Shown piece after piece: positions 26,652 through 33,896 of a stretch of 38,455 nt of DNA. The DNA is from a virus. Its lineage: Duplodnaviria; Caudoviricetes. The notes beneath the pieces are model-generated. The model had not been told where the DNA came from and made no database searches. It worked only from the letters and a program-made list of their open reading frames with translations. Each line of letters begins with the position of its first letter. Position 1 is the stretch's first letter. The position numbers and the translations under genes were made by a program. Location of the stretch: the IMG/VR virus record IMGVR_UViG_3300046787_000064, positions 1-38,455 of that record. One strand, written 5' to 3'.

Positions 26652-26879
26652 TCACTTTCTGTTGTATTGATTCTGTTCTTCTTCACGCTCTTGGCTGAAC
26701 AAGTTGTAGATTGTTGATCGCACCTCATGCGGGATAGACCAACCCATCACATCAGGGTTGAGCATATCTTGCAGGATGTTGTTGCGAGCTGTGAGCTGCG
26801 CTTGCGTCTTCATCAGCTCTGAGCCAAGCCACACAATATGCTCGCGCATCACTTCTGTTTCTGTTTTGTTGTCGTTCAT
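26652..26879 (-). CDS. Hypothetical protein
   Basis: 75 aa; GAGGTG SD; ATGA-coupled. Confidence 0.7.
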   Translation of the reverse strand: MNDNKTETEVMREHIVWLGSELMKTQAQLTARNNILQDMLNPDVMGWSIPHEVRSTIYNLFSQEREEEQNQYNRK

Positions 26880-27127
26880 GCTTCACCTCTTGATATGCTT
26901 CGCGCTCGGATTGCTTCAGTAAGCATAAAACCGTTAGCCAATGTTGGCCCATGTGATTTGATTAACTCTATACACGCCTCACGCTCTTTATCTGCTACCA
27001 GTTTGGCAAAGTTCATCAAATGCTCGTTGTAAAAAACAAACGAGACTTCGCCAGACCTATGATTTTCAACGCCGTGTGATGCAACCTGTCTAGCCATCTC
27101 AATGATTTCGTCTTGCGTCATTACCAT
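26876..27127 (-). CDS. Tandem paralog family member 3 (MTQDEII...EREAC...RGEA)
   Basis: Shares sequence blocks with 27309-27590 and 27587-27811. Confidence 0.8.
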   Translation of the reverse strand: MVMTQDEIIEMARQVASHGVENHRSGEVSFVFYNEHLMNFAKLVADKEREACIELIKSHGPTLANGFMLTEAIRARSISRGEA

Positions 27128-27312
27128 TTCTCCTTCAGCTTTTGAAGTATTGACTTTTGCTCTTGTGAATCAATTGGAATAATTGTCATGGTCTGCTTAT
27201 AAGACTCATTCAAGTATTCCCTGATGGACTTCTGCGCGTACTCACGCATCTGCTCTGCTGAATACTTTGCGTCCAGTACGCTGCACTTGCGTGGGAGTCG
27301 TGGGAGTTTCAT
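27121..27312 (-). CDS. Hypothetical protein
   Basis: 63 aa; YSAEQMREYA motif; ATGA-coupled. Confidence 0.65.
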   Translation of the reverse strand: MKLPRLPRKCSVLDAKYSAEQMREYAQKSIREYLNESYKQTMTIIPIDSQEQKSILQKLKEKW

Positions 27313-27590
27313 GCTTCACCTCTTGCTTGGATTAGGTTGGACATTGCAACGGCTGCGCTTTTCCATGGGCCTTCCCATGTCACATCTGCGCACATCTGCG
27401 CACACGCCTCACGTTCAATCTTGATAGCTTGCCAGATGTTATCCATCTCCTGCTCTGCCCACGCATCTTTAGCCTCTGATATAGCCAATTTAATAAGATG
27501 CTCAAGGTCTTCATCCGTTGCCAACCAAGCCCCAAACCCATCTTTGGAAAGTTGAGCCTCACGCGCCAACCTGATAGTTTCTTTCATCAT
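27309..27590 (-). CDS. Tandem paralog family member 2
   Basis: IRLAREA...EREACAQ...IQARGEA. Confidence 0.8.
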   Translation of the reverse strand: MMKETIRLAREAQLSKDGFGAWLATDEDLEHLIKLAISEAKDAWAEQEMDNIWQAIKIEREACAQMCADVTWEGPWKSAAVAMSNLIQARGEA

Positions 27591-27811
27591 GCTTCACCTC
27601 TTGCTCGGATTGCTTCGGTTACGTCTGATTCATATTTACCAAAAGATTCAACCACCTTGGCACACGCCTCACGCTCTTTAGCTGCTACCAGTTTGGCAAA
27701 GGCAACAACGTATTCAGTTATTTCATGGTCTTCAACCCAAGGCGATGTTTCGTCATATTCACTCATAAGACGAGCCTGTCTAGCCATCTCAATGATTTCA
27801 TCTTGTGTCAT
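27587..27811 (-). CDS. Tandem paralog family member 1
   Basis: MTQDEIIEMARQ...FAKLVAAKEREACAK...EAIRARGEA. Confidence 0.8.
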   Translation of the reverse strand: MTQDEIIEMARQARLMSEYDETSPWVEDHEITEYVVAFAKLVAAKEREACAKVVESFGKYESDVTEAIRARGEA

Positions 27812-28275
27812 AACTTGTTTCCGTAGTAAGCCATCATGGTTGCGTCAGCACGACCTGAGTCCTTCACTCGCGCAAACAGTTGCTGATGCTCTGGGTGCAA
27901 CTCCATGCAGCGATGACGAATTGCATCCTTGCCCTTGCCGCATTGCGTTGCCTTCATCCATGCTTGTGGTGTGACGTATGTCACTGGCACATTGAGCGCA
28001 GCCAATGCACCTTCAATGATTCCAGCAGCACGACCAAAAGCGAACATCGAAGTCACGCCTTGGTTTGGCATCGCGCCGACCTTCTCCACCACTGCGTGAG
28101 TTGGATTCAATTCCTTGATGGCCGCAGCCACACCTTGTGCAGAGATGTGGTTCTTCTTCTTGCCACCACGAATGACCTCAACGCAAGGCATATCAATGAC
28201 GCGCTCGAACTTGCCATTGACGTACAAGGAGAAAGCGCCAGCAGCACCGATGTCAACGCCCATGACGCGAATCAT
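27808..28275 (-). CDS. RuvC-like Holliday junction resolvase
   Basis: VMGVDIG..GA, AVVEKV.AMP.QGV.S.F.FG, VTPQ.W, DSGRADA. Confidence 0.8.
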   Translation of the reverse strand: MIRVMGVDIGAAGAFSLYVNGKFERVIDMPCVEVIRGGKKKNHISAQGVAAAIKELNPTHAVVEKVGAMPNQGVTSMFAFGRAAGIIEGALAALNVPVTYVTPQAWMKATQCGKGKDAIRHRCMELHPEHQQLFARVKDSGRADATMMAYYGNKL

Positions 28276-28493
28276 GCTGAGTCCTTGGTGAGCTGTGCAA
28301 TACGCTGTGCAATTAGCTCGTCGAGTGCCGCCTTGAGCTTGTCCACGGATGACACCAATGGAACTGTCTTGCCCGAAATCCACCGAGAAACCTGTGCTTG
28401 GTCAATCTCGGCTTTACGGCTGACCTCTGCCATGTTGAAGCCAGCAGCCTCGGCTCGCTGTCGGATGTCTGTGATGTATGTTGAAGTGTTCAT
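28272..28493 (-). CDS. Cro/XRE-like helix-turn-helix regulator
   Basis: MAEVSRKAEIDQAQVSRWISGKTVP HTH; first gene of leftward operon. Confidence 0.8.
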   Translation of the reverse strand: MNTSTYITDIRQRAEAAGFNMAEVSRKAEIDQAQVSRWISGKTVPLVSSVDKLKAALDELIAQRIAQLTKDSA

Positions 28494-28535
28494 GCGTAGT
28501 ATGTTAACATGAACTTGACTATGTAATCACATGAG

Positions 28536-28632
28536 TAAAAAGATGGGTGACAGCGCGAACTGCCACCCATTCAAAGGCAACTGCGCAGGGGAGAACTGCA
28601 CAGCATAGGTGGGAGAAACCGACCCACCGTGT
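28536..28632 (-). ncRNA. Candidate three-hairpin small RNA ending in a terminator
   Basis: GGTGGG/CCCACC, GCTGTGCAG/CTGCGCAGT, ATGGGTGGCAG/CTGTCACCCAT + CTTTTT; TAAAAT about 6 nt upstream. Confidence 0.5.
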
Positions 28633-28681
28633 AGGATTTTAGGGATTTGTGGTTAAAAAAACACATCCAATAAAATAATCC

Positions 28682-28709
28682 TTGTCTACCTAATCAAGTG
28701 CGATATGAT
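28682..28709 (+). promoter_or_regulatory. Putative sigma70 promoter for rightward early genes
   Basis: TTGTCT-16 bp-TATGAT, upstream AT-rich tract, TAAGGA SD before ATG 28742. Confidence 0.55.
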
Positions 28710-28741
28710 TCACTCATCAACAACCACTAAGGATTGAAACC

Positions 28742-28942
28742 ATGAAACTCAACGACACCACCCGCACCTACCCACGCACCATGCAGGAAGCCTATCCCAA
28801 CACCATTGACGCAATCGAGTCGCGTCAGCGTTGGGAGTGGATGGAAGGCCATCGCTCTGATGCGTCAGCTCAAGCTGAGTATTGGGTTCACATGGCGCTG
28901 GCCTTTGCTGCTGGTTTCTTGGTTTGCCATTTGTTTGCGTAA
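28742..28942 (+). CDS. Small early protein with C-terminal TM
   Basis: TTRTYPRTMQEAYP motif; hydrophobic end; good SD. Confidence 0.75.
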   Translation: MKLNDTTRTYPRTMQEAYPNTIDAIESRQRWEWMEGHRSDASAQAEYWVHMALAFAAGFLVCHLFA

Positions 28943-28965
28943 TGCTTTTTGAGGAAGAACAATTT

Positions 28966-29172
28966 ATGTCTGAGCAACTACAAAACGATATTGATGACAT
29001 CGTGACTGACTTCATTCGCCGCTCTGGTGGCAAGGTTGGCGTGATTCGTCCTGATGAATTAGCCACCATGATTCGTGAAGCAGCCAGCCGTGGCGCAATG
29101 GCTGGATGGCTTGGTGGTGTGAAGCAGGAGCGTGAACACTCACGCAGCAAACAAACACAGGTGCAGAAATGA
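28966..29172 (+). CDS. Hypothetical protein
   Basis: MSEQLQNDIDD...; GAGG upstream; ATGA-coupled to next gene. Confidence 0.7.
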   Translation: MSEQLQNDIDDIVTDFIRRSGGKVGVIRPDELATMIREAASRGAMAGWLGGVKQEREHSRSKQTQVQK

Positions 29173-29357
29173 AAAACAGAGTACAAGCCTTGCTGATGGC
29201 GTGTGAGCTGGAAGCCTACCAAGCTGAAGGACCATCAAAGATTGCAACCATGCTGTGCGATTTGGTCAAGCAACTTGAGATTTACGAACAAGAAGTTGAC
29301 TCATTGCGCGAACGTGTGAAGACACTTGAGATGGACATCATGGAGCAGCAGCAGTGA
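29169..29357 (+). CDS. Small coiled-coil protein
   Basis: 62 aa, coupled at both ends. Confidence 0.7.
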   Translation: MKNRVQALLMACELEAYQAEGPSKIATMLCDLVKQLEIYEQEVDSLRERVKTLEMDIMEQQQ

Positions 29358-29827
29358 GCAAACCTCGAAAGAAGTACAAGCCCAAAGGCGTTCGCCTTGA
29401 CGCTGTTCAATGGGTCATCAATGGTTTTAAGAATATCAGCCAAACAGGTAATGCTGTTTTGCACTTGAAGATCAAGAACCATGAGTCATTGGAGTGTCTG
29501 CGCAAGGGTGAAGCCACGCGCATGGATATTGACACCATCATCAGCGCGTTCAACATCGCAGAAGCTCTGGCACGTATGCAGATTGGTGATGATTACGCCA
29601 AGGAGATCAAGGCTGGTCAGGATGCTTTGCTTGACGTTGCCAAGCGTGGTGTTGGACGTGATGACAAGTTCATCTTGAAGGCTGCTGAGTTGTCTGCCAT
29701 CAACTTGGTCATGGAGATACATGACGCGCAGCTAGAGATCACAACCATTGGCGAGCTTGAGAAGGCAATGGATATTGTCACCAAGGAAATCAAAGCGCGT
29801 AAGGCGCGATCAGTATTGGAGAAATAA
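29354..29827 (+). CDS. Hypothetical helical protein with basic N-terminus
   Basis: 157 aa; KPRKKYKPK; H..L..LR.G.AT..D; IHDAQL. Confidence 0.75.
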   Translation: MSKPRKKYKPKGVRLDAVQWVINGFKNISQTGNAVLHLKIKNHESLECLRKGEATRMDIDTIISAFNIAEALARMQIGDDYAKEIKAGQDALLDVAKRGVGRDDKFILKAAELSAINLVMEIHDAQLEITTIGELEKAMDIVTKEIKARKARSVLEK

Positions 29828-29974
29828 ATGAATGAAGACTACGAAGACGAAATCTGCTCATGGTGCGGTGGCTGCGGTGAAGGAATGTATGACGGCTCAA
29901 CCTGTCAAAAGTGCAAAGGATCTGGCGTTGAGCCTGTTGAAAAAGATGAGGATGATTGCTATGACATTGACTAA
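29828..29974 (+). CDS. Acidic DnaJ-type zinc-finger miniprotein, 48 aa (not in ORF track)
   Basis: MNEDYEDEICSWCGGCGEGMYDGSTCQKCKGSGVEPVEKDEDDCYDID; two CxxCxGxG; GGAG SD. Confidence 0.7.
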   Translation: MNEDYEDEICSWCGGCGEGMYDGSTCQKCKGSGVEPVEKDEDDCYDID

Positions 29975-30077
29975 TTGGCCTTTCCCACCAGCAACAGGCG
30001 CAGTTCCTTGGACTGCCAAACAAATCAAAGCGTACCAACAAGCGCAACGCGCACAACTGCCAGAAAGCCCAATGTGA
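29961..30077 (+). CDS. Small protein, 38 aa, NWPFP motif
   Basis: MTLTNWPFPPATGAVPWT...; GAGG upstream. Confidence 0.55.
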   Translation: MTLTNWPFPPATGAVPWTAKQIKAYQQAQRAQLPESPM

Positions 30078-30250
30078 AAACAGTTCTAGCACCCAACGCA
30101 CCGTGGCCTAAGCCAATTGAGACACCAAAGCCTGTTGCTAGGAAGCGTGTGCTTCCACCGCCAAACAAGCCAAGCAAACGAATACAAACAGACAAGAAGT
30201 TCACAGAGTGGGCATCAAGGAATTTAGGAGAAAACCATGAAATATATTGA
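30074..30250 (+). CDS. Small Pro/Lys-rich protein
   Basis: GTGA-coupled start MKTVLAPNAPWPKP. Confidence 0.55.
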   Translation: MKTVLAPNAPWPKPIETPKPVARKRVLPPPNKPSKRIQTDKKFTEWASRNLGENHEIY

Positions 30251-30431
30251 CCTGATCGCATACCCAATCATGCTGGCAGTTGTCTACGTCCTATTTGGCT
30301 TTGTGAACTGGAACAAAGACCCAGAGCTTTGGTCACACGCTGACCGAATCGTGTGGGTTATCTGGGGGCTTGGATGGGGATGGGCTTTACAAGTACGAAT
30401 CAACAAAGGTGGAATAGTTTGGTATGAATGA
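30237..30431 (+). CDS. Small two-TM membrane protein
   Basis: AGGAG SD; two hydrophobic segments around FVNWNKDP..W...R. Confidence 0.7.
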   Translation: MKYIDLIAYPIMLAVVYVLFGFVNWNKDPELWSHADRIVWVIWGLGWGWALQVRINKGGIVWYE

Positions 30432-30567
30432 TTTTGCAATGGAAGACATATCGAACATTGCCTTGCTTTGCTTCTTGCTTGGCATTGGCTTCATCACATT
30501 CATTGGCGTTGCAGCCGTATACATCACATCTCTTTTTTTAATGGAATCATTCAATGACGGTAATTAA
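30424..30567 (+). CDS. Small single-TM protein, 47 aa
   Basis: MNDFAMEDISNIALLCFLLGIGFITFIGVAAVYITSLFLM...; fills the gap in the operon. Confidence 0.55.
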   Translation: MNDFAMEDISNIALLCFLLGIGFITFIGVAAVYITSLFLMESFNDGN

Positions 30568-30868
30568 CGCTTTTCATCCTGACTATGTGAAGACATACAT
30601 GAAGGAATTTACAGCCAGCATCATGTTGCAGAACAAGTACAAGAAGTTTTCGCACATGATGGCTGAGTACACTGAGGAGCTTCGCAAGACCAACCCATCT
30701 CTTGGCACAATCCATCACATGGTCAAACCGCTTCATGTGAATAGAGCGCCTGAAATGATGCGTCCTAAGAAGACCGCGAAAGAAAGAGTTGACTTGGCTC
30801 CTCGCGAGTTCAAGGTTTTTAGTAAAGCTGGCACAGCAAACGTAACCCCGAAAGGAAAGAAAAAATGA
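30554..30868 (+). CDS. Hypothetical basic protein
   Basis: 104 aa; INAFHPDYVKT. Confidence 0.7.
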   Translation: MTVINAFHPDYVKTYMKEFTASIMLQNKYKKFSHMMAEYTEELRKTNPSLGTIHHMVKPLHVNRAPEMMRPKKTAKERVDLAPREFKVFSKAGTANVTPKGKKK

Positions 30869-31167
30869 GTTATTCAAACACCGAGATGAAAATTATTCAA
30901 TGGGGTGAAGCCCGTGGAATCATTCAAAACAGCACATCACTGGCGCAAGCCAACAAGACGCAGGAAGAAGTCAACGAGCTGTTCCAAGCAATTCACAGCA
31001 AGGACAAAGCAGCAATGGCTGATGCCTATGGCGACATCCTTGTCACTTTGGTGATGGGCGCTGCCATCGCTGACCTTGACCTTCAGACTTGCTTTGAGCT
31101 GGCGTATCAAGAGATCAAAGACCGCACTGGTTCATTGAACTCTGATGGCCTTTGGGTAAAGGATTGA
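30865..31167 (+). CDS. MazG-like nucleotide pyrophosphohydrolase
   Basis: W...RGI, KTQEEVNEL, DAYGDILVTL, AYQEIKDRTG...G.WVK. Confidence 0.85.
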   Translation: MSYSNTEMKIIQWGEARGIIQNSTSLAQANKTQEEVNELFQAIHSKDKAAMADAYGDILVTLVMGAAIADLDLQTCFELAYQEIKDRTGSLNSDGLWVKD

Positions 31168-31170
31168 GTC

Positions 31171-31410
31171 ATGTGGTCACCTAAGTTCGTTGAATTGCGT
31201 GACGCTAATGGCAAGCTCACGCAAAAAACTGTGCAGTACACAGAAGATGGACCAATTGAAATCCTTTATCCAGTACCAGAATCAACATGGATTGATTTAA
31301 CTGATGATGAAGTTTTGAAATTGGTTGAAGACAATGATTGGTATAACTGGCCTGAAGACTTTGTGAAGATCGTTGAAAAGGCTGTAAAGGTAAAAAACAA
31401 TGTTCTTTAA
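31171..31410 (+). CDS. Hypothetical protein
   Basis: 79 aa; W.DLTDDE...E...K.KN pattern. Confidence 0.7.
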   Translation: MWSPKFVELRDANGKLTQKTVQYTEDGPIEILYPVPESTWIDLTDDEVLKLVEDNDWYNWPEDFVKIVEKAVKVKNNVL

Positions 31411-31705
31411 ATTGAAACGCTCAGACTCAATGAAGTTTGACTCAAGGTTTAAAGTAATCCATCTTCATTGGTGGCATAAGCCTGTTCCTCTTTACGATAA
31501 AACTGAAACAGATGGTTATCGCAAAATTGGTTGGGTATGGAACCAGAAAGCGTATTTGGTAGACAACATGACTGATGGTTGGGTTGCTTTTGTGAATGAC
31601 CAGACACCTGAAAAGATTGATGCTTGGTGGTGTAGCTGCTGCGGTACAGCACTTGATGGTGCAACAAAGCAACGCATAGAAAATTCGTTAAAGGAGAATA
31701 AATAA
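31400..31705 (+). CDS. Hypothetical Trp-rich protein; start uncertain
   Basis: 101 aa, WWCSCCG. Confidence 0.6.
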   Translation: MFFKLKRSDSMKFDSRFKVIHLHWWHKPVPLYDKTETDGYRKIGWVWNQKAYLVDNMTDGWVAFVNDQTPEKIDAWWCSCCGTALDGATKQRIENSLKENK

Positions 31706-31893
31706 TGGGCAAAGGCAGTACAGCGCGTCCTATTCCTGACCGCAAAACATTTGAAGCAAACTTTGACGCAATCTTTGGCAAGAAAGACAAGACAGATGAC
31801 GGACAACGTAAACAACCCGAAGCACTACAACAGCCACCCATCAGGGATTCAGGCGATACAAGTGACGGAACACATGAACTTTTGCCTCGGTAA
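31705..31893 (+). CDS. Small protein (MGKGS..RP...F..NFD.IFG type)
   Basis: AAGGAG SD; TAATG coupling; C-terminus overlaps next gene. Confidence 0.6.
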   Translation: MGKGSTARPIPDRKTFEANFDAIFGKKDKTDDGQRKQPEALQQPPIRDSGDTSDGTHELLPR

Positions 31894-31999
31894 CGCTGTG
31901 AAGTACATCTGGCGAGCTGACTTGAAGCACGATGCAATTGAGGACTTGGAGAAGGCTGTCTGGTACATCAATCGAGAGATTGAAAGACGCAAGCAATGA
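31796..31999 (+). CDS. DUF3310 (SaV-like) protein
   Basis: DNVNNPKHY, FCLGNAVKYIWR...K...EDLEKAVWY. Confidence 0.85.
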   Translation: MTDNVNNPKHYNSHPSGIQAIQVTEHMNFCLGNAVKYIWRADLKHDAIEDLEKAVWYINREIERRKQ

Positions 32000-32373
32000 A
32001 GTCAGTACAGCGTCCAAGGCTCATCAAAGCAATCATGGACAAACCTTTGACGGCGATGGAAGTGTCAAAGGTTATTCATTGCCACGTGCGTCATGCAAGA
32101 GCAATCTTGCGTGAGCTTTACAAGAATGGCAACGTGTTCATTCAAGAGTGGCATCCTGCTGAGTATCAAAGCATCCCGACTGCTGCGTACCGCTATGGCA
32201 TTGGCTCTGATGCCGTTAAGCCAAAGCCAATGACGAGTACGCAGCGCGTCCAGAAGATGCGCGAAAAGGAAGACGTGGAGAAGAAGGCGTTTCGTTTAGC
32301 ACGTGAACGCCAGCTTCACAGAAAGATCAAACGCGACCCGTTGACGGCTGCGTTCTTTGGGTCAGCGTCCTAG
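31996..32373 (+). CDS. Winged-helix DNA-binding protein
   Basis: LTAMEVS..IHC..RH.R..L..L...G.VFI.EW; C-terminal RDPLTAAFFG. Confidence 0.65.
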   Translation: MKSVQRPRLIKAIMDKPLTAMEVSKVIHCHVRHARAILRELYKNGNVFIQEWHPAEYQSIPTAAYRYGIGSDAVKPKPMTSTQRVQKMREKEDVEKKAFRLARERQLHRKIKRDPLTAAFFGSAS

Positions 32374-33894
32374 TAAGCCGTACTTTGCCAGCTCATCATC
32401 AATCTGTTGTTGAGTGATGACAGGCTGCTCTTGAGACAACAAGTCAGGAGCAGCAACTCCCATTGCAGAGGCAATGGCAGCGGTGCGCCTCCAAGGGTCA
32501 AATGCTGCAAAGCGTGAGCGCAACAAGTCAGGGTCTTGCACTGCTGTAACTGTACTTTTTTGAGATTTATAGAGCTTGTCCATATAGTCACGAGCTTCGC
32601 CAAACTGACTGCCAGTTACGTTAGACCATGTTTCATCAGGAGTGATTCCATACTTGTCCTGCAAATATTCTTTCGCCCTGAAGATGTGACTATTTGGCCC
32701 TAAATCTTTGACGTTCTTTATGTTTACGCCCTTCAAGCCTAACAGGTCATTTGCAATCGTTCCAAGTTCGTCAGTAGATGTTACGTCATTCCTTGAAAGC
32801 TCCATCTCGTCAAGAGAATATCGCTTTTTACCTGCTTTTGGCGCAAGTGTGTTTGTCTCAATATCCGCCCAATTACGGCCTTTTGCATTTACGTCAAGTA
32901 ACCCTTCTTTGCTCATCCGCATTGGGATAATGTTTCCACCACCAGAAGCATTTACATAAGTCTCAGCAGCTAATGGGTTGTCATTTACAAATGCACCAGC
33001 ACCAGAAGTTTTACCTTTACCAGCAGTGTTCATTGCTTGTATATCTGCATTTGTTCCGTGATAAACATCAAACGGAAACATCGCATCAGCTCGTTGCTGT
33101 GCCGTATTGTTTGGTGGTAGACCAAGTCCGAATTGTTCTTTAGGCAATGCAGCGCGTTGCTGTGCAAGTCTGATTGCTTCTTCTTGTGGGAATGTAAAGG
33201 ATGGCTTTTCAACAGTGACAGGGATAGAGCCTTTTGGCTTTCCCGTATCAATTCTGAAGTCCATACGACCACTAGGAAACTCATCATCAAGATTAAGCAA
33301 TGAAGGCTTTACGCGAACTGGAACAGCAACATCACCATAACCTGTGTCTGTTGCTTTTTGTGTTGTCAAATAAACGCTTGGCTCACCAGCAGATTTGAGC
33401 CGCCCAGTTTTTGAAATCTGTTCAGCAGCAGACTTGTTTGTGTGATGGAAAAGCGTAACAGTACCATCAGTATTTAATGGTAAGCCTGTTAATTCATCAA
33501 TCTTTGGAGTCAAAAGACCAACAACGTCATCAACTGGCTTGATGCTCAATCCAACAGGCATATTCTTAACAGCTTTTGAAAGCTCTATTGGCCCACGAGG
33601 ATTCATCGCAGCACCCAACTGCTCCATGCCTGATGACTCCATGCGTGGTGCAGAAGCGCGTGGAATCTTGGACAGGATTTGTTCAGTTGTTGGTGCTGCT
33701 GGCGCTGCTTGCAGCAAGCCTTGCACCGGCTGTGGCAAGCGTGGCGTGATGTACTCACGAGCCAACGCGTTTACATCACCAAATAAACCAACTGGTGCAA
33801 CAGCAAAACCACGACCTAAAGACTCTGCGTTGCTCAATGAGCCACGGAAAGCATCCATTAAAAGAGAGTTTGAGTATGGGTTTTGTGTTGCCAT
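32362..33894 (-). CDS. Putative ejected polyvalent protein with two ADP-ribosyltransferase-like domains
   Basis: TLFHHT...I.KTG.L...VYLTT; DVYHGT...GAG.F...P..A.TY...RSRFAAFDP; last gene of ejection operon. Confidence 0.65.
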   Translation of the reverse strand: MATQNPYSNSLLMDAFRGSLSNAESLGRGFAVAPVGLFGDVNALAREYITPRLPQPVQGLLQAAPAAPTTEQILSKIPRASAPRMESSGMEQLGAAMNPRGPIELSKAVKNMPVGLSIKPVDDVVGLLTPKIDELTGLPLNTDGTVTLFHHTNKSAAEQISKTGRLKSAGEPSVYLTTQKATDTGYGDVAVPVRVKPSLLNLDDEFPSGRMDFRIDTGKPKGSIPVTVEKPSFTFPQEEAIRLAQQRAALPKEQFGLGLPPNNTAQQRADAMFPFDVYHGTNADIQAMNTAGKGKTSGAGAFVNDNPLAAETYVNASGGGNIIPMRMSKEGLLDVNAKGRNWADIETNTLAPKAGKKRYSLDEMELSRNDVTSTDELGTIANDLLGLKGVNIKNVKDLGPNSHIFRAKEYLQDKYGITPDETWSNVTGSQFGEARDYMDKLYKSQKSTVTAVQDPDLLRSRFAAFDPWRRTAAIASAMGVAAPDLLSQEQPVITQQQIDDELAKYGLLGR

Positions 33895-33896
33895 GA

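Noticed and set aside
26876-27811. Diversity-generating retroelement template/variable repeats
   Set aside because: No reverse transcriptase in the genome, and differences are block replacements rather than adenine-specific changes
28494-28535. Leftward promoter/operator for the cro-like gene
   Set aside because: Several weak -35/-10 pairings are possible and none is clearly supportable
29832-29960. 5' half of listed ORF 29832-30077
   Set aside because: The alternative frame 29828-29974 has an SD and a clear zinc-finger motif; only the part from 29961 is kept
32340-32400. Bidirectional terminator at convergence of early and late genes
   Set aside because: The genes overlap by 12 bp and I see no clear hairpin with a U-tract
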